This document shows, in pieces, positions 46,150 to 54,785 of a stretch of DNA of 64,000 nt. The position numbers and the translations under genes are program-made. Origin of the DNA: Alteromonadaceae bacterium Bs31 (lineage in GTDB: Bacteria; Pseudomonadota; Gammaproteobacteria; Pseudomonadales; Cellvibrionaceae); the NCBI GenBank assembly GCA_900177435.1, contig FXAI01000008.1, forward strand, positions 50,689 to 114,688, given 5' to 3'. Position 1 is the stretch's first letter. Every line of letters begins with the position of its first letter. The notes beneath the pieces were generated by a model. That model searched no databases, had not been told where the DNA came from, and saw only the letters and a list, made by a program, of their open reading frames with translations.

Positions 46150-46485
46150 TTACTGGCAGCGTTGCGGGCGGTGCTTCATGGTTTGTAGTTTTTGCCGCAA
46201 GGTTTTGAGGCGTAAAGCGTCGGCTTGCGCGGCGGATTCAATATGTTCAGCAGCCCATTGGGGGAGCTCAGTGCTCAGCTGGTAGAAAACCCAGCGCTCC
46301 TGTCTTCTGTCACGCAGCACACCGCATTCACGCAGTTGGGCAAGGTGGCGGGATATCTTGGGCTGACTTAGCGACATGGCCTCCATCAATTCGCACACAC
46401 AAAGTTCGTTTTCCAGGAAAATGAGCTGAGTACAAACGAGCCTTGTCTCGTCGGACAGGCATTTGTAGAGCGTTAGAGGTGTCAT
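46150..46485 (-). CDS. arsR: ArsR/SmtB family metalloregulatory repressor.
   Basis: HTH ...ELCVCELMEAMSLSQPKISRHLAQLRECGVL with the ELCVCDL-type metal-binding site. Confidence 0.85.
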   Translation of the reverse strand: MTPLTLYKCLSDETRLVCTQLIFLENELCVCELMEAMSLSQPKISRHLAQLRECGVLRDRRQERWVFYQLSTELPQWAAEHIESAAQADALRLKTLRQKLQTMKHRPQRCQ

Positions 46486-46529
46486 GTAATGTGCTGTTTG
46501 CTGGCTTGGCGCATATAGTATGGGTCAAA

Positions 46530-46541
46530 GCATATATATGC
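46530..46541. promoter_or_regulatory. Perfect palindrome GCATATATATGC in the arsR promoter region; a candidate ArsR operator or -10 region.
   Basis: Read directly in the sequence. It lies 45 nt upstream of the arsR start, and a second dyad CATAtagTATG is at 46512-46522. Confidence 0.3.
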
Positions 46542-46662
46542 AAATTCATATGTGTTAAATTTTAAAGCCACTCGGTTCTGGATAAATCACTGAAGTAGTT
46601 GATAATTAGTAGAGCTTTTCGAGCATAGAAATAATAAAGTCCCAGATCACGGAGGCCGCGCC

Positions 46663-47589
46663 ATGTCCCAATGTGCATTCATTACCCATTCAATTTGCGC
46701 CAAGCACGACATGGGCGATGGCCACCCGGAATGCCCCGAGCGCCTGGCGGCGATTAATGATGCACTTATCAGCGCGCGGCTGATGGACTTTCTACAGGTA
46801 CACGATGCTCAGCTTGCTGAAGATCGACATCTTGCACGGGCACATACCGCCGAGCACATTGCTTTAGTTCGCCAGCTTGCACCCGAGCAGGGAGACGTAG
46901 CCTTAGACGCAGACACCAGTATGAACCGCTATTCTCTCGAGGCCGCATTGCGGGCTGCCGGTGCAGTGGTGCAGGCTTGTGATATGGTGATGGCCGGGCA
47001 GGTTAAGTCTGCTTTTTGCGCAGTTCGACCACCGGGGCATCATGCAGAGTACGATCGTGCGATGGGCTTTTGCATCTTCAATAATATTGCCGTGGGGGCT
47101 TATCATGCTCTGGAGGAGCATGGCTTGGAACGTGTGGTCATCGTTGATTTCGATGTGCATCACGGTAATGGTACCGAGCATATCTTTGCCGACGAAAAGC
47201 GTGTTTTGCTATGTTCTTCCTATCAGCATCCCTTTTTCCCATACAGCTATGGCCCTTCAATAGCAGGCCAAAGAATTAATGTGCCCTTAAATGCTGGTAG
47301 TGGCAGTGAGGAATTTCGAGCCGCTGTTGTTGAGCAGTGGTTGCCTGCTATTGAGCAATTCGAGCCGCAAATGATATTTTTTTCCGCTGGTTTCGATGCC
47401 CACCGCATGGACCCGCTGGCTAATCTTCACTGGAGTGAAGAAGATTTTGGCTGGGTAACTGCAGAAGTGAAAAAACTGGCCAACAGGCATAGTGCGGGAC
47501 GCATTGTTTCTTCTCTGGAGGGTGGCTACGACTTGCACGCTCTGGGGGTGTCGACGGTCGCGCATATTTCCGCCTTGCTTGGCCTATAG
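46663..47589 (+). CDS. Histone-deacetylase-family (arginase/deacetylase fold) protein, acetoin-utilisation AcuC / acetylpolyamine-amidohydrolase-like.
   Basis: FCAVRPPGHHAE, IVDFDVHHGNGT, SLEGGYD motifs. Confidence 0.8.
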   Translation: MSQCAFITHSICAKHDMGDGHPECPERLAAINDALISARLMDFLQVHDAQLAEDRHLARAHTAEHIALVRQLAPEQGDVALDADTSMNRYSLEAALRAAGAVVQACDMVMAGQVKSAFCAVRPPGHHAEYDRAMGFCIFNNIAVGAYHALEEHGLERVVIVDFDVHHGNGTEHIFADEKRVLLCSSYQHPFFPYSYGPSIAGQRINVPLNAGSGSEEFRAAVVEQWLPAIEQFEPQMIFFSAGFDAHRMDPLANLHWSEEDFGWVTAEVKKLANRHSAGRIVSSLEGGYDLHALGVSTVAHISALLGL

Positions 47590-47679
47590 GATTTCTCCCT
47601 TCATAAAACCAGATTGCTTTTATCTGCGTATAACTAAGTTGAGCTTACATTGCGCCGTAAGCGGTTTTGGAGGCAATTG

Positions 47680-48096
47680 ATGTTATCTATTTATTACGAC
47701 AGCCAATGTCCGCTGTGTGTTTCTGAAATGAAATCTCTTAAAAAAAGAGATGAGCACGGAGTGATATTGCTGGAAGATCTTCATGAGCCTGAATTTGCAC
47801 TGCGCCACCCAGGGATAGAAATAACTAAAGCACTGCAAGTGCTGCACGGAGCCACCAGCGATGGCAAGATGCTTTTGGGGCTCGATGTCAGTGCCTATGC
47901 TTGGAAAGCTGTTGCACCGAAAAGCTTCAATAGCCGATTATTCGGCCTGCTTAGGTCACGATATTTTAGGGGGATTTCGGATTTGGCTTACCGGTTTTTC
48001 GCTCGGCATCGCTACACTATTTCCTTTGTTTTTACAGGGAAAAAGCGTTGCGAGCGGTGCATAATTGCAAGGGCTGCTCAAAAAGATTGCCAGTAG
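47680..48096 (+). CDS. DCC-family thiol-disulfide oxidoreductase (DUF393).
   Basis: MLSIYYDSQCPLCVSEM is the CPLC motif. A GGAGG RBS precedes the ATG at 47680. Confidence 0.7.
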   Translation: MLSIYYDSQCPLCVSEMKSLKKRDEHGVILLEDLHEPEFALRHPGIEITKALQVLHGATSDGKMLLGLDVSAYAWKAVAPKSFNSRLFGLLRSRYFRGISDLAYRFFARHRYTISFVFTGKKRCERCIIARAAQKDCQ

Positions 48097-48221
48097 TGCA
48101 CCGCTTCTTTGAGACCCTATACTCCTTTCACGCAAATACAGGCGCGTATTACACATAATTTTATTAGGCTATTCGTTATACTCGAACAATAATATAGCGG
48201 CCATGGGCGCGGGGGAGCAAG

Positions 48222-49457
48222 GTGCACAACGCAACGCAAGAGGCATATTCCAGGGTTCGTAATCAAACTCGGTTGTTGGTAGAAGGGCTGAGCCCGGAAG
48301 ATATGGCTGCCCAGTCCATGGCGGATGCCAGCCCCGCAAAATGGCATTTGGCTCATACCACGTGGTTCTTCGAAACATTTATTCTTATTCCCCACTTTCC
48401 TTCCTATAAACCATTTAGCGAGCAGTTCCAGATACTATTTAATTCCTATTATGAATCTGTAGGGGAGCGACACCCCAGGCCCCAACGAGGCTTGCTCACC
48501 CGTCCGGGCTTGGACACTGTGTTGGAGTATCGTAACTACGTCGATCGCTTTATGGATAAAATTACTGACGATGAGCGTAAAGAGATAGCCGATTTGGTCT
48601 GTGTTGGTTTGCATCACGAGATGCAGCACCAGGAGCTGTTGCTAACGGACATCCTGCACCTTTTTTCAAATAACCCATTGTTCCCTGCGGCCATGGAGAA
48701 AAATGAAACAAGGCCTGCGGCGAATAGTGCTGCACTGCAGATGCACAGCTTTGATGGCGGCTTAATTGAAATTGGTGCGCTACAGCAAGGCTTTAGCTAC
48801 GATAACGAAAGACCCAGGCACAGCACTTTCCTCAACCCCTTTAGATTGGCGAATCGCTTGGTAAGTAATGAAGAGTGGTTGGAATTTATCGCTGATGGTG
48901 GCTATACAAATAGCCTTCTTTGGTTGTCTGATGGCTGGGCTACCTGTTTGCGTGAACGATGGTATGCGCCCTTGTACTGGCGAGAGCAAGAACGAGGCTG
49001 GATGCACTTTGGTTTGGATGGCTTGAAGCCGCTGGATCTGCATGCGCCGGTTTGTCACATAAGTTACTACGAAGCAGACGCCTTTGCGCGCTGGAGTGGC
49101 AAGCGTCTGCCTCGAGAGCAAGAGTGGGAAATGTGCGCAGCGGAGCAACAAATACAGGGTAACTTTTTAGAGGCGGCTAATTGGAGGCCGCTGGCAGCAA
49201 GCAGCATGAGCAATACTCAACAGCTTTACGGCGACGTGTGGGAATGGACCCAAAGCCCCTATTCCGCCTATCCCGGATTTAAAGCTGAAATGGGTGCTTT
49301 GGGTGAATATAACGGCAAATTTATGGCCAACCAGTTCGTATTGCGTGGTGGTTCTTGTGCCACGCCCATCAAGCAAATGCGCAACTCCTACCGAAACTTT
49401 TTTTACCCTCACCAGCGATGGCAGTTTAGCGGCTTACGCCTTGCTGAAGACTGCTAA
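48222..49457 (+). CDS. egtB: Ergothioneine biosynthesis sulfoxide synthase EgtB (DinB-like domain plus FGE-sulfatase domain).
   Basis: HLAHTTWFFETF (DinB_2 His), then an FGE-like C-terminal region (GDVWEWT, RGGS). GTG start. Confidence 0.8.
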   Translation: MHNATQEAYSRVRNQTRLLVEGLSPEDMAAQSMADASPAKWHLAHTTWFFETFILIPHFPSYKPFSEQFQILFNSYYESVGERHPRPQRGLLTRPGLDTVLEYRNYVDRFMDKITDDERKEIADLVCVGLHHEMQHQELLLTDILHLFSNNPLFPAAMEKNETRPAANSAALQMHSFDGGLIEIGALQQGFSYDNERPRHSTFLNPFRLANRLVSNEEWLEFIADGGYTNSLLWLSDGWATCLRERWYAPLYWREQERGWMHFGLDGLKPLDLHAPVCHISYYEADAFARWSGKRLPREQEWEMCAAEQQIQGNFLEAANWRPLAASSMSNTQQLYGDVWEWTQSPYSAYPGFKAEMGALGEYNGKFMANQFVLRGGSCATPIKQMRNSYRNFFYPHQRWQFSGLRLAEDC

Positions 49458-49503
49458 ATACTCCGGAAAACATTTCTCCCCAAGCCCACATTAAGGAGCA
49501 AAC

Positions 49504-50463
49504 ATGCCTACCAGTGCAGCTAGAAAACAATATGATGCGGATGCCTTCGAAAGTGAATTCGAAACGGACGTTGTTGACGGTTTAACTCGGGCAGATAAAC
49601 AATTGTCGCCAAAATATTTTTACGACGAGCAGGGCTCTCGTTTTTTTGATCAAATTTGTGAGTTGGACGAGTACTACCCTTACAAAACGGAGCTTCGCTT
49701 ATTGCCGCTGGTGGCCAGAGACCTGAGTCGTATCTTGAAAGATGATTACTCCGTTATAGAGTTCGGTGCTGGCTCTTTGTTAAAAATAAGGCCAATTCTA
49801 GATTGGCTGCGAGGTGTGAGGCAATTTCTACCCATCGATATTTCAGGTGAGCATCTGCGCGATGCCTGTGCAAGTCTCGCTGTGGATTACGCTCATATAG
49901 ATATTCGTCCAGTGGAAGGGGATTTTACCCAAGAGGTGGAGTTGGGTAAAACTGTTGGTAAGCGTCTGGGGTTTTTCCCCGGTTCTACTATCGGCAATTT
50001 TACGCCGCAGCAGGCCAGGGATTTTCTTGCTACGGCTAAACAAACTTTGGGGCGGGACAGTTATATTATTATTGGTGTGGACACTAAAAAATCTACTCAG
50101 ATACTTCATCGAGCGTATAACGATGCCGCTGGCATTACCGCCAAGTTTAATTTAAATATTCTTCATCGAATAAACCGGGAACTGAGCGGTAATATCCCGG
50201 TGGAACGTTTTGAGCACTATGCCCATTACGATACGCAGGCAGGCTGTATAAAAATGCATTTAGTCAGTTTGGATAAGCAGCAATGTCGCGTGGCAGGGGA
50301 GGATATTCACTTCGCTAAAGGGGAGAGTATCCACACAGAAAGCTCTTACAAATATCGCCCGGATGAGTTCATAGCACTGGCTGCGTCAGCGGGATGGGAT
50401 TGCGAAAAAGAATGGCTGGCGGAGGGCGAGTTGTTCAGTATGTTTTTGTTTAAGAGTGAGTAG
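49504..50463 (+). CDS. egtD: L-histidine N-alpha-methyltransferase EgtD.
   Basis: YFYDEQGSRFFDQICELDEYYPYKTE..., IEFGAGS SAM motif. Confidence 0.85.
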   Translation: MPTSAARKQYDADAFESEFETDVVDGLTRADKQLSPKYFYDEQGSRFFDQICELDEYYPYKTELRLLPLVARDLSRILKDDYSVIEFGAGSLLKIRPILDWLRGVRQFLPIDISGEHLRDACASLAVDYAHIDIRPVEGDFTQEVELGKTVGKRLGFFPGSTIGNFTPQQARDFLATAKQTLGRDSYIIIGVDTKKSTQILHRAYNDAAGITAKFNLNILHRINRELSGNIPVERFEHYAHYDTQAGCIKMHLVSLDKQQCRVAGEDIHFAKGESIHTESSYKYRPDEFIALAASAGWDCEKEWLAEGELFSMFLFKSE

Positions 50464-51262
50464 GGCCATTAAGCCACAGTGCTGGATACGAACCTTTTTT
50501 GATAGGCTCAGCCTTGGTAATGTTCATGCGCTTTTCTGTGGCCATAGCGCACAAGCTATTTTGCAATGGTCGAAAAAACATCCGCTGTATATTGCCATTG
50601 AGATGGGAGAGAATACAGCTCCGCCGCAAGTACGCTTCTATCAAAATGGTTATGAAGTTCGCCGTTGCGGGTCTGGGAATATTGCTGTGGCCGCTTATCT
50701 TGAAAACACCTTCGGTCCGTCTTCATCTGTCCTCATTAAAGCCTCCTCAGAATCTATAACGCTGAACATGCATGGTTCGGGGCTGTATGGTTATAGCGCT
50801 CAGACACTACCCCAATACCCTTTACGGCAAGCGTCCTTTTGGCGCAATGTTTTATCGTGTAAATGTGTACATGGAGCATACGCTGGCGGGCCTAGAGACT
50901 ATGTTGTTTTGGAAGTAGAGGATGAGCAAAGCCTGTGTGCATTAAAGCCTTCCTTAAAGTTGCTAAAACAATATTCAGGCCGAGCACTGATAGCAAGCGC
51001 CAAAGCTGGCGGCGACTGTAACTATGTGCTGAGGTACTTTGCACCCCAGTATGGAAACAACGAAGACCGTGCGACGGGCTCTGCTAACATACAACTGCTG
51101 CGCTATTGGTTTAACCGAGGCTTGCATGGAAAGCTAAAGGCCCGACAGCTGTCTGAGGGTGGCGGGGCGTTTTATGGACAGTTCTTGAAAAATGGCGCTC
51201 AGTTATGGGGGCGAGCCAGGATTGAATCCGCGCCTGATGTACGCAAATACCGGGCGGTCTAA
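50456..51262 (+). CDS. PhzF-family isomerase-like protein.
   Basis: GTG start overlapping the egtD stop. The N-terminal FFDRLSLGNVHALF is comparable to the PhzF AFTDRPFGGNPAAV; the rest has a PhzF-like size and Gly pattern. Confidence 0.5.
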   Translation: MSRAIKPQCWIRTFFDRLSLGNVHALFCGHSAQAILQWSKKHPLYIAIEMGENTAPPQVRFYQNGYEVRRCGSGNIAVAAYLENTFGPSSSVLIKASSESITLNMHGSGLYGYSAQTLPQYPLRQASFWRNVLSCKCVHGAYAGGPRDYVVLEVEDEQSLCALKPSLKLLKQYSGRALIASAKAGGDCNYVLRYFAPQYGNNEDRATGSANIQLLRYWFNRGLHGKLKARQLSEGGGAFYGQFLKNGAQLWGRARIESAPDVRKYRAV

Positions 51263-51470
51263 AGCCTAACTAACTGGTCATACAAGGCAGCTTTGACACC
51301 GACAACATGCGCTATAGTAAACCCGAGGCGTTCATGCACCAGACCATGTGCCAGCCTCGGAGCGGGTCCTCATACTGTGACCGGGCCATGGCCCTGATGG
51401 CAGACCGGCAGCCCATGGTTCCCTCCGCCTGGGGCTGAGGGTATACTTAAGCCTCGGAAGGAGACTGTAA

Positions 51471-51851
51471 ATGGCGCAAACAACTTTTGCTAATTCAAGG
51501 GGCATTGCTCACAAGGGCAGTGGTGGTATGAGTATTGTTTTCCCGGATGTGTGTAAAACACCTACTCCCGGTGGGCCTGTGCCTATTCCTTATCCAAATA
51601 TTGGCAAGGCCTCGGATACATCTAAAGGCCCCAAATCAGTGAAAGTGGACAAGAAAATGCCTATGGTGAAAGGCGCTCAGTATTCTCGCAGTGCCGGAGA
51701 CGAGGCGGGCACCCTTAAAGGGGTTGTCAGTAGCGATCAGATGGGCGTTTGTGAATTTATGATGTATTCCTTTGACATAAAGTTTGAAGGTAAGAACGTT
51801 TGCCGCATGGGTGACCCACTGTTTCATAATAAAAAGAATATCATGGGCTGA
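51471..51851 (+). CDS. Standalone PAAR-like DUF4150 domain protein.
   Basis: Highly characteristic FPDVCKTPTPGGPVPIPYPN motif. 126 aa with no extension or toxin domain. Confidence 0.6.
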   Translation: MAQTTFANSRGIAHKGSGGMSIVFPDVCKTPTPGGPVPIPYPNIGKASDTSKGPKSVKVDKKMPMVKGAQYSRSAGDEAGTLKGVVSSDQMGVCEFMMYSFDIKFEGKNVCRMGDPLFHNKKNIMG

Positions 51852-52018
51852 CGAAAAGCCTTCGTACACCCTTTGACAATAGATGCCTGTGGGCTAAACA
51901 CCTTTTTTGATACTTATTGATCATTCAAGAGGGTAAGCCAAATAATATGGACAGGGCCAGGGCTAATTCCGCTACAATATTGCCCCTCCAAAGAACCTTC
52001 TCTAAGTAAGCGATAGCT

Positions 52019-53425
52019 ATGAAAAGCATATGTATAGGCTTGTGGGCCTTTTTTCTTTGCAATACCGCCAACGCCTCCTTGATATCAGCCTATTTTAAAG
52101 ACGAAGACGGGCATACCAAGTGGCAGCATGTGGCTAACTTTTCTGGATCGGTGTTAATCACGCTGCTGTCCATCACCCTTATTTCGCTTTTTTTCAGCTA
52201 CAGAAATACACGTCGTGCGAATCGTGCCTTGAATGAAATCCGCATGGGGCTGGAAGACCGGGTACAAGAAAGAACGGCAACCCTGGCAGAGGCCAATAAG
52301 GCTTTGGAAGGTGAGATAAACGAGCATCGCGAAACCATGTCCCGCCTGCAAACGTCGCAAGGTTATATAAAAAGCATTGTAGACTCCATGCCGCTGATGT
52401 TGATCGGCTTAAATGAAAATATGGAAATCACCCAGTGGAATAGCTCGTCTGAAAATACCACCGGGGCTAAGCGCGAGCAGGTACTGGGAAAAAATTTGTG
52501 GGAGGCCTATCCCACCATCACGCTATCACCTGAACAAATTCAAGACGTACTGAAAAACAAGTCCACCACAACTATCAAGCACAGCCAGCGCGGTCAGTAT
52601 TATTTTGATATGACCCTCTATTCCCTGCAGGGTAACAGCGATGTGGGTATTGTGATTTTGCTTGAAGATGTTACCAAACGCGTTAAAGCAGAAAATCGTT
52701 TAATTGAACTGGATAAAATGGCATCCATGGGGGAGCTTGCCGCGACAATGGCTATTGATGTTGGCGCCCCCCTGCAAAATATAATGCAAAGCCTAAAGTG
52801 TTTGCAGACCCCAGTGGAGAAAATTGAAAAAGAGAATTTTCAGCAATGCATAAGCAGTGCCCTGGAGAATGGTCAGCAAGCGGATGCCATCATGCAGAAC
52901 CTTGTGGCCTTTTCGCAGAGCCAGGGTGGCGACTTACAGCTTGCATCTATTCCAGAGATTTTAGATCACACTATAGAGCTTGCAGACCGGGTTTTATCCA
53001 ATGCGGCGGGCTTAAAATTTCGAGACGTGACCTTGGAAAAAGATTATCAGGGAAGTGTCAGTAGAGTTCCTTGCCAAAAAGCTGAACTCCAGCAGGTATT
53101 TTTAGGTATTTTTCGCCATGCTATCCACGCGCTTGGCGAGTGCGGGCGCGAAGATTTTGTGCCAACGATTTCCGTGAGCGTAAACGAATTTTATGATGCC
53201 ATTTGGATTAAGGTTAACCACAATGGCAAGGGCTTGACTGCGGAAGAGCAGCAAACCATTTTTGAGCCTTTCTTTCTTAATGATACTTCGCCTAAAGTTA
53301 ATACCGCCATGCAGCGTTTGTCATTCGCTCATTTTGTAGTGACTGAGCATCATCACGGCCACATGGCGGTTACTTCAGATGTTGATGTGGGAACTACATT
53401 TCACGTTCAGATGCAGCTACGTTAG
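52019..53425 (+). CDS. Membrane-anchored PAS-domain sensor kinase-like protein with a degenerate H-box (no phospho-acceptor His) and a degenerate G2 box; a probable pseudo-kinase.
   Basis: Signal/TM segments, PAS (IVDSMPLMLIGLNENMEITQWN...), dimerisation region ASMGELAATMAIDVGAPLQ with the His replaced, and a C-terminal IFEPFF...GTTFHVQMQL that lacks the GxGLGL box. Confidence 0.6.
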   Translation: MKSICIGLWAFFLCNTANASLISAYFKDEDGHTKWQHVANFSGSVLITLLSITLISLFFSYRNTRRANRALNEIRMGLEDRVQERTATLAEANKALEGEINEHRETMSRLQTSQGYIKSIVDSMPLMLIGLNENMEITQWNSSSENTTGAKREQVLGKNLWEAYPTITLSPEQIQDVLKNKSTTTIKHSQRGQYYFDMTLYSLQGNSDVGIVILLEDVTKRVKAENRLIELDKMASMGELAATMAIDVGAPLQNIMQSLKCLQTPVEKIEKENFQQCISSALENGQQADAIMQNLVAFSQSQGGDLQLASIPEILDHTIELADRVLSNAAGLKFRDVTLEKDYQGSVSRVPCQKAELQQVFLGIFRHAIHALGECGREDFVPTISVSVNEFYDAIWIKVNHNGKGLTAEEQQTIFEPFFLNDTSPKVNTAMQRLSFAHFVVTEHHHGHMAVTSDVDVGTTFHVQMQLR

Positions 53426-54104
53426 CCGCCTCTTTATTCTCAACGATTTTACTAGGGTGATACGGGCCGGCTGGAAAGCGTGTGTTGTCCAGTATAAAAA
53501 CCTCTTGCACAGCTTGCTCGGCCAGCGGGCGGTAATCGGGAAATGCCCGTTCCATTGCCGCTGAAATAGCACTGCCAAGCAGTTGTGCCAGAACACTGTT
53601 GGTTTCCATATTATTATTTTCGTTAGAAGACTTATCTACACGCTTTGTGGCGTTCCAAATTTCCTCCCCACTGCTGGTAACCAGTTTGAATTTGAGCTCA
53701 ATGCCCGTGGTAGAGTCGATAACCACATACTGGGTATCCCACTGTTCCACCGTTACGTATAGAACCGCGTTAGCACCAAACATTGAGGCCAGCTTTGACG
53801 TTTGCATGGAGTGAACATCGGCTGCTTCATAGAGCCCCTCGTGTTCCAATACAAACTTAACCGTATTTACCGGGAATACGTAGTAGCCTTCGTCAGCCAA
53901 AACCGTTGGAAGTACGCTCAGCATTGTTCCCGGTGCATAAATATTCACACTGCGATTCACGCCGGGTACAACAAGGATCGAGCGAATGCCTGCTGCGTCG
54001 AAGCTGTCTTGATAAGGGTTTTTATGCTGAGTGCTGGTTTCGCAAGCTGAAAGTACAACGATCAGGGTTAGCGAAACAGCATAGCGAAATATTTTAAGGT
54101 CCAC
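53394..54104 (-). CDS. DUF799-family lipoprotein (partner in CsgG-like/DUF4810/DUF799 clusters).
   Basis: Lipoprotein signal LIVVLSAC. The call rests on size and position, as last gene after the CsgG-like and DUF4810 genes. Confidence 0.5.
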   Translation of the reverse strand: MDLKIFRYAVSLTLIVVLSACETSTQHKNPYQDSFDAAGIRSILVVPGVNRSVNIYAPGTMLSVLPTVLADEGYYVFPVNTVKFVLEHEGLYEAADVHSMQTSKLASMFGANAVLYVTVEQWDTQYVVIDSTTGIELKFKLVTSSGEEIWNATKRVDKSSNENNNMETNSVLAQLLGSAISAAMERAFPDYRPLAEQAVQEVFILDNTRFPAGPYHPSKIVENKEAANVAASEREM

Positions 54105-54450
54105 TGTTAGTTCGTCCCTGTAAATTAGTGATCAATGCTGACATAAAGTCGCGGCTTTCGGGCCAGGCCTCGTACTCTTTTTGGTAATAAATGACGGCGC
54201 TTGTTGAATCCCCTGCCTCCAAAAAATAGGTGCCCACCTCCGCGTATAAGCCGGGGGGCACGACCGCTTCCTGTTTCTCAAGGTTTTCGATATGTGTTAC
54301 CAGGCGCGCACGAATTTTGGAATGCTCAGCCGGCTCCTGATAGTAGTGGTAGAGGCCGTCCGAGTAGTTGCCCCACTTATACCGGGTGCTTTGCGTGGTA
54401 CAGCCCACCACGCAAAGCAATATTAAAGAAAGGGAGAGTAGTTTTATCAT
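54094..54450 (-). CDS. DUF4810-family lipoprotein.
   Basis: MIKLLSLSLILLCVVGCTTQ lipobox. 118 aa with a TPR-like helical C-terminus (YYQKEYEAWPESRDFM). Confidence 0.5.
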   Translation of the reverse strand: MIKLLSLSLILLCVVGCTTQSTRYKWGNYSDGLYHYYQEPAEHSKIRARLVTHIENLEKQEAVVPPGLYAEVGTYFLEAGDSTSAVIYYQKEYEAWPESRDFMSALITNLQGRTNSGP

Positions 54451-54785
54451 GGAATTTGCAGCGCTTTAACTGCCCCATCGCCTAAGTAAATTTTAGTTTG
54501 AAGTACCGTTTCACCGTTAAGCTTTAATTCAACCACATGGCTGCCGCTGAGAACTCTTAGCGCAGCCACACCGGTAAGGTACTGGTCTGCTGTTCCCATT
54601 GCCAGCCCGTCAACATACACGGCATAAGCTGAGCCGGCTTGTGTTTCATTAAGCGGAGTGAATGAAATAGCGGGACGTAAATCTACTGTCTCTTCCATTG
54701 TGGTGGGTTGTTTTACGCAAGCACTGGTAAGCATTAGCAGAGCAGAACAACAACACAATAGGATAATTCGGATAAAAGTTTTCAT
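54447..54785 (-). CDS. Small lipoprotein of unknown function.
   Basis: MKTFIRIILLCCCSALLMLTSAC lipobox. 4-bp overlaps with both neighbours. Confidence 0.45.
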   Translation of the reverse strand: MKTFIRIILLCCCSALLMLTSACVKQPTTMEETVDLRPAISFTPLNETQAGSAYAVYVDGLAMGTADQYLTGVAALRVLSGSHVVELKLNGETVLQTKIYLGDGAVKALQIP

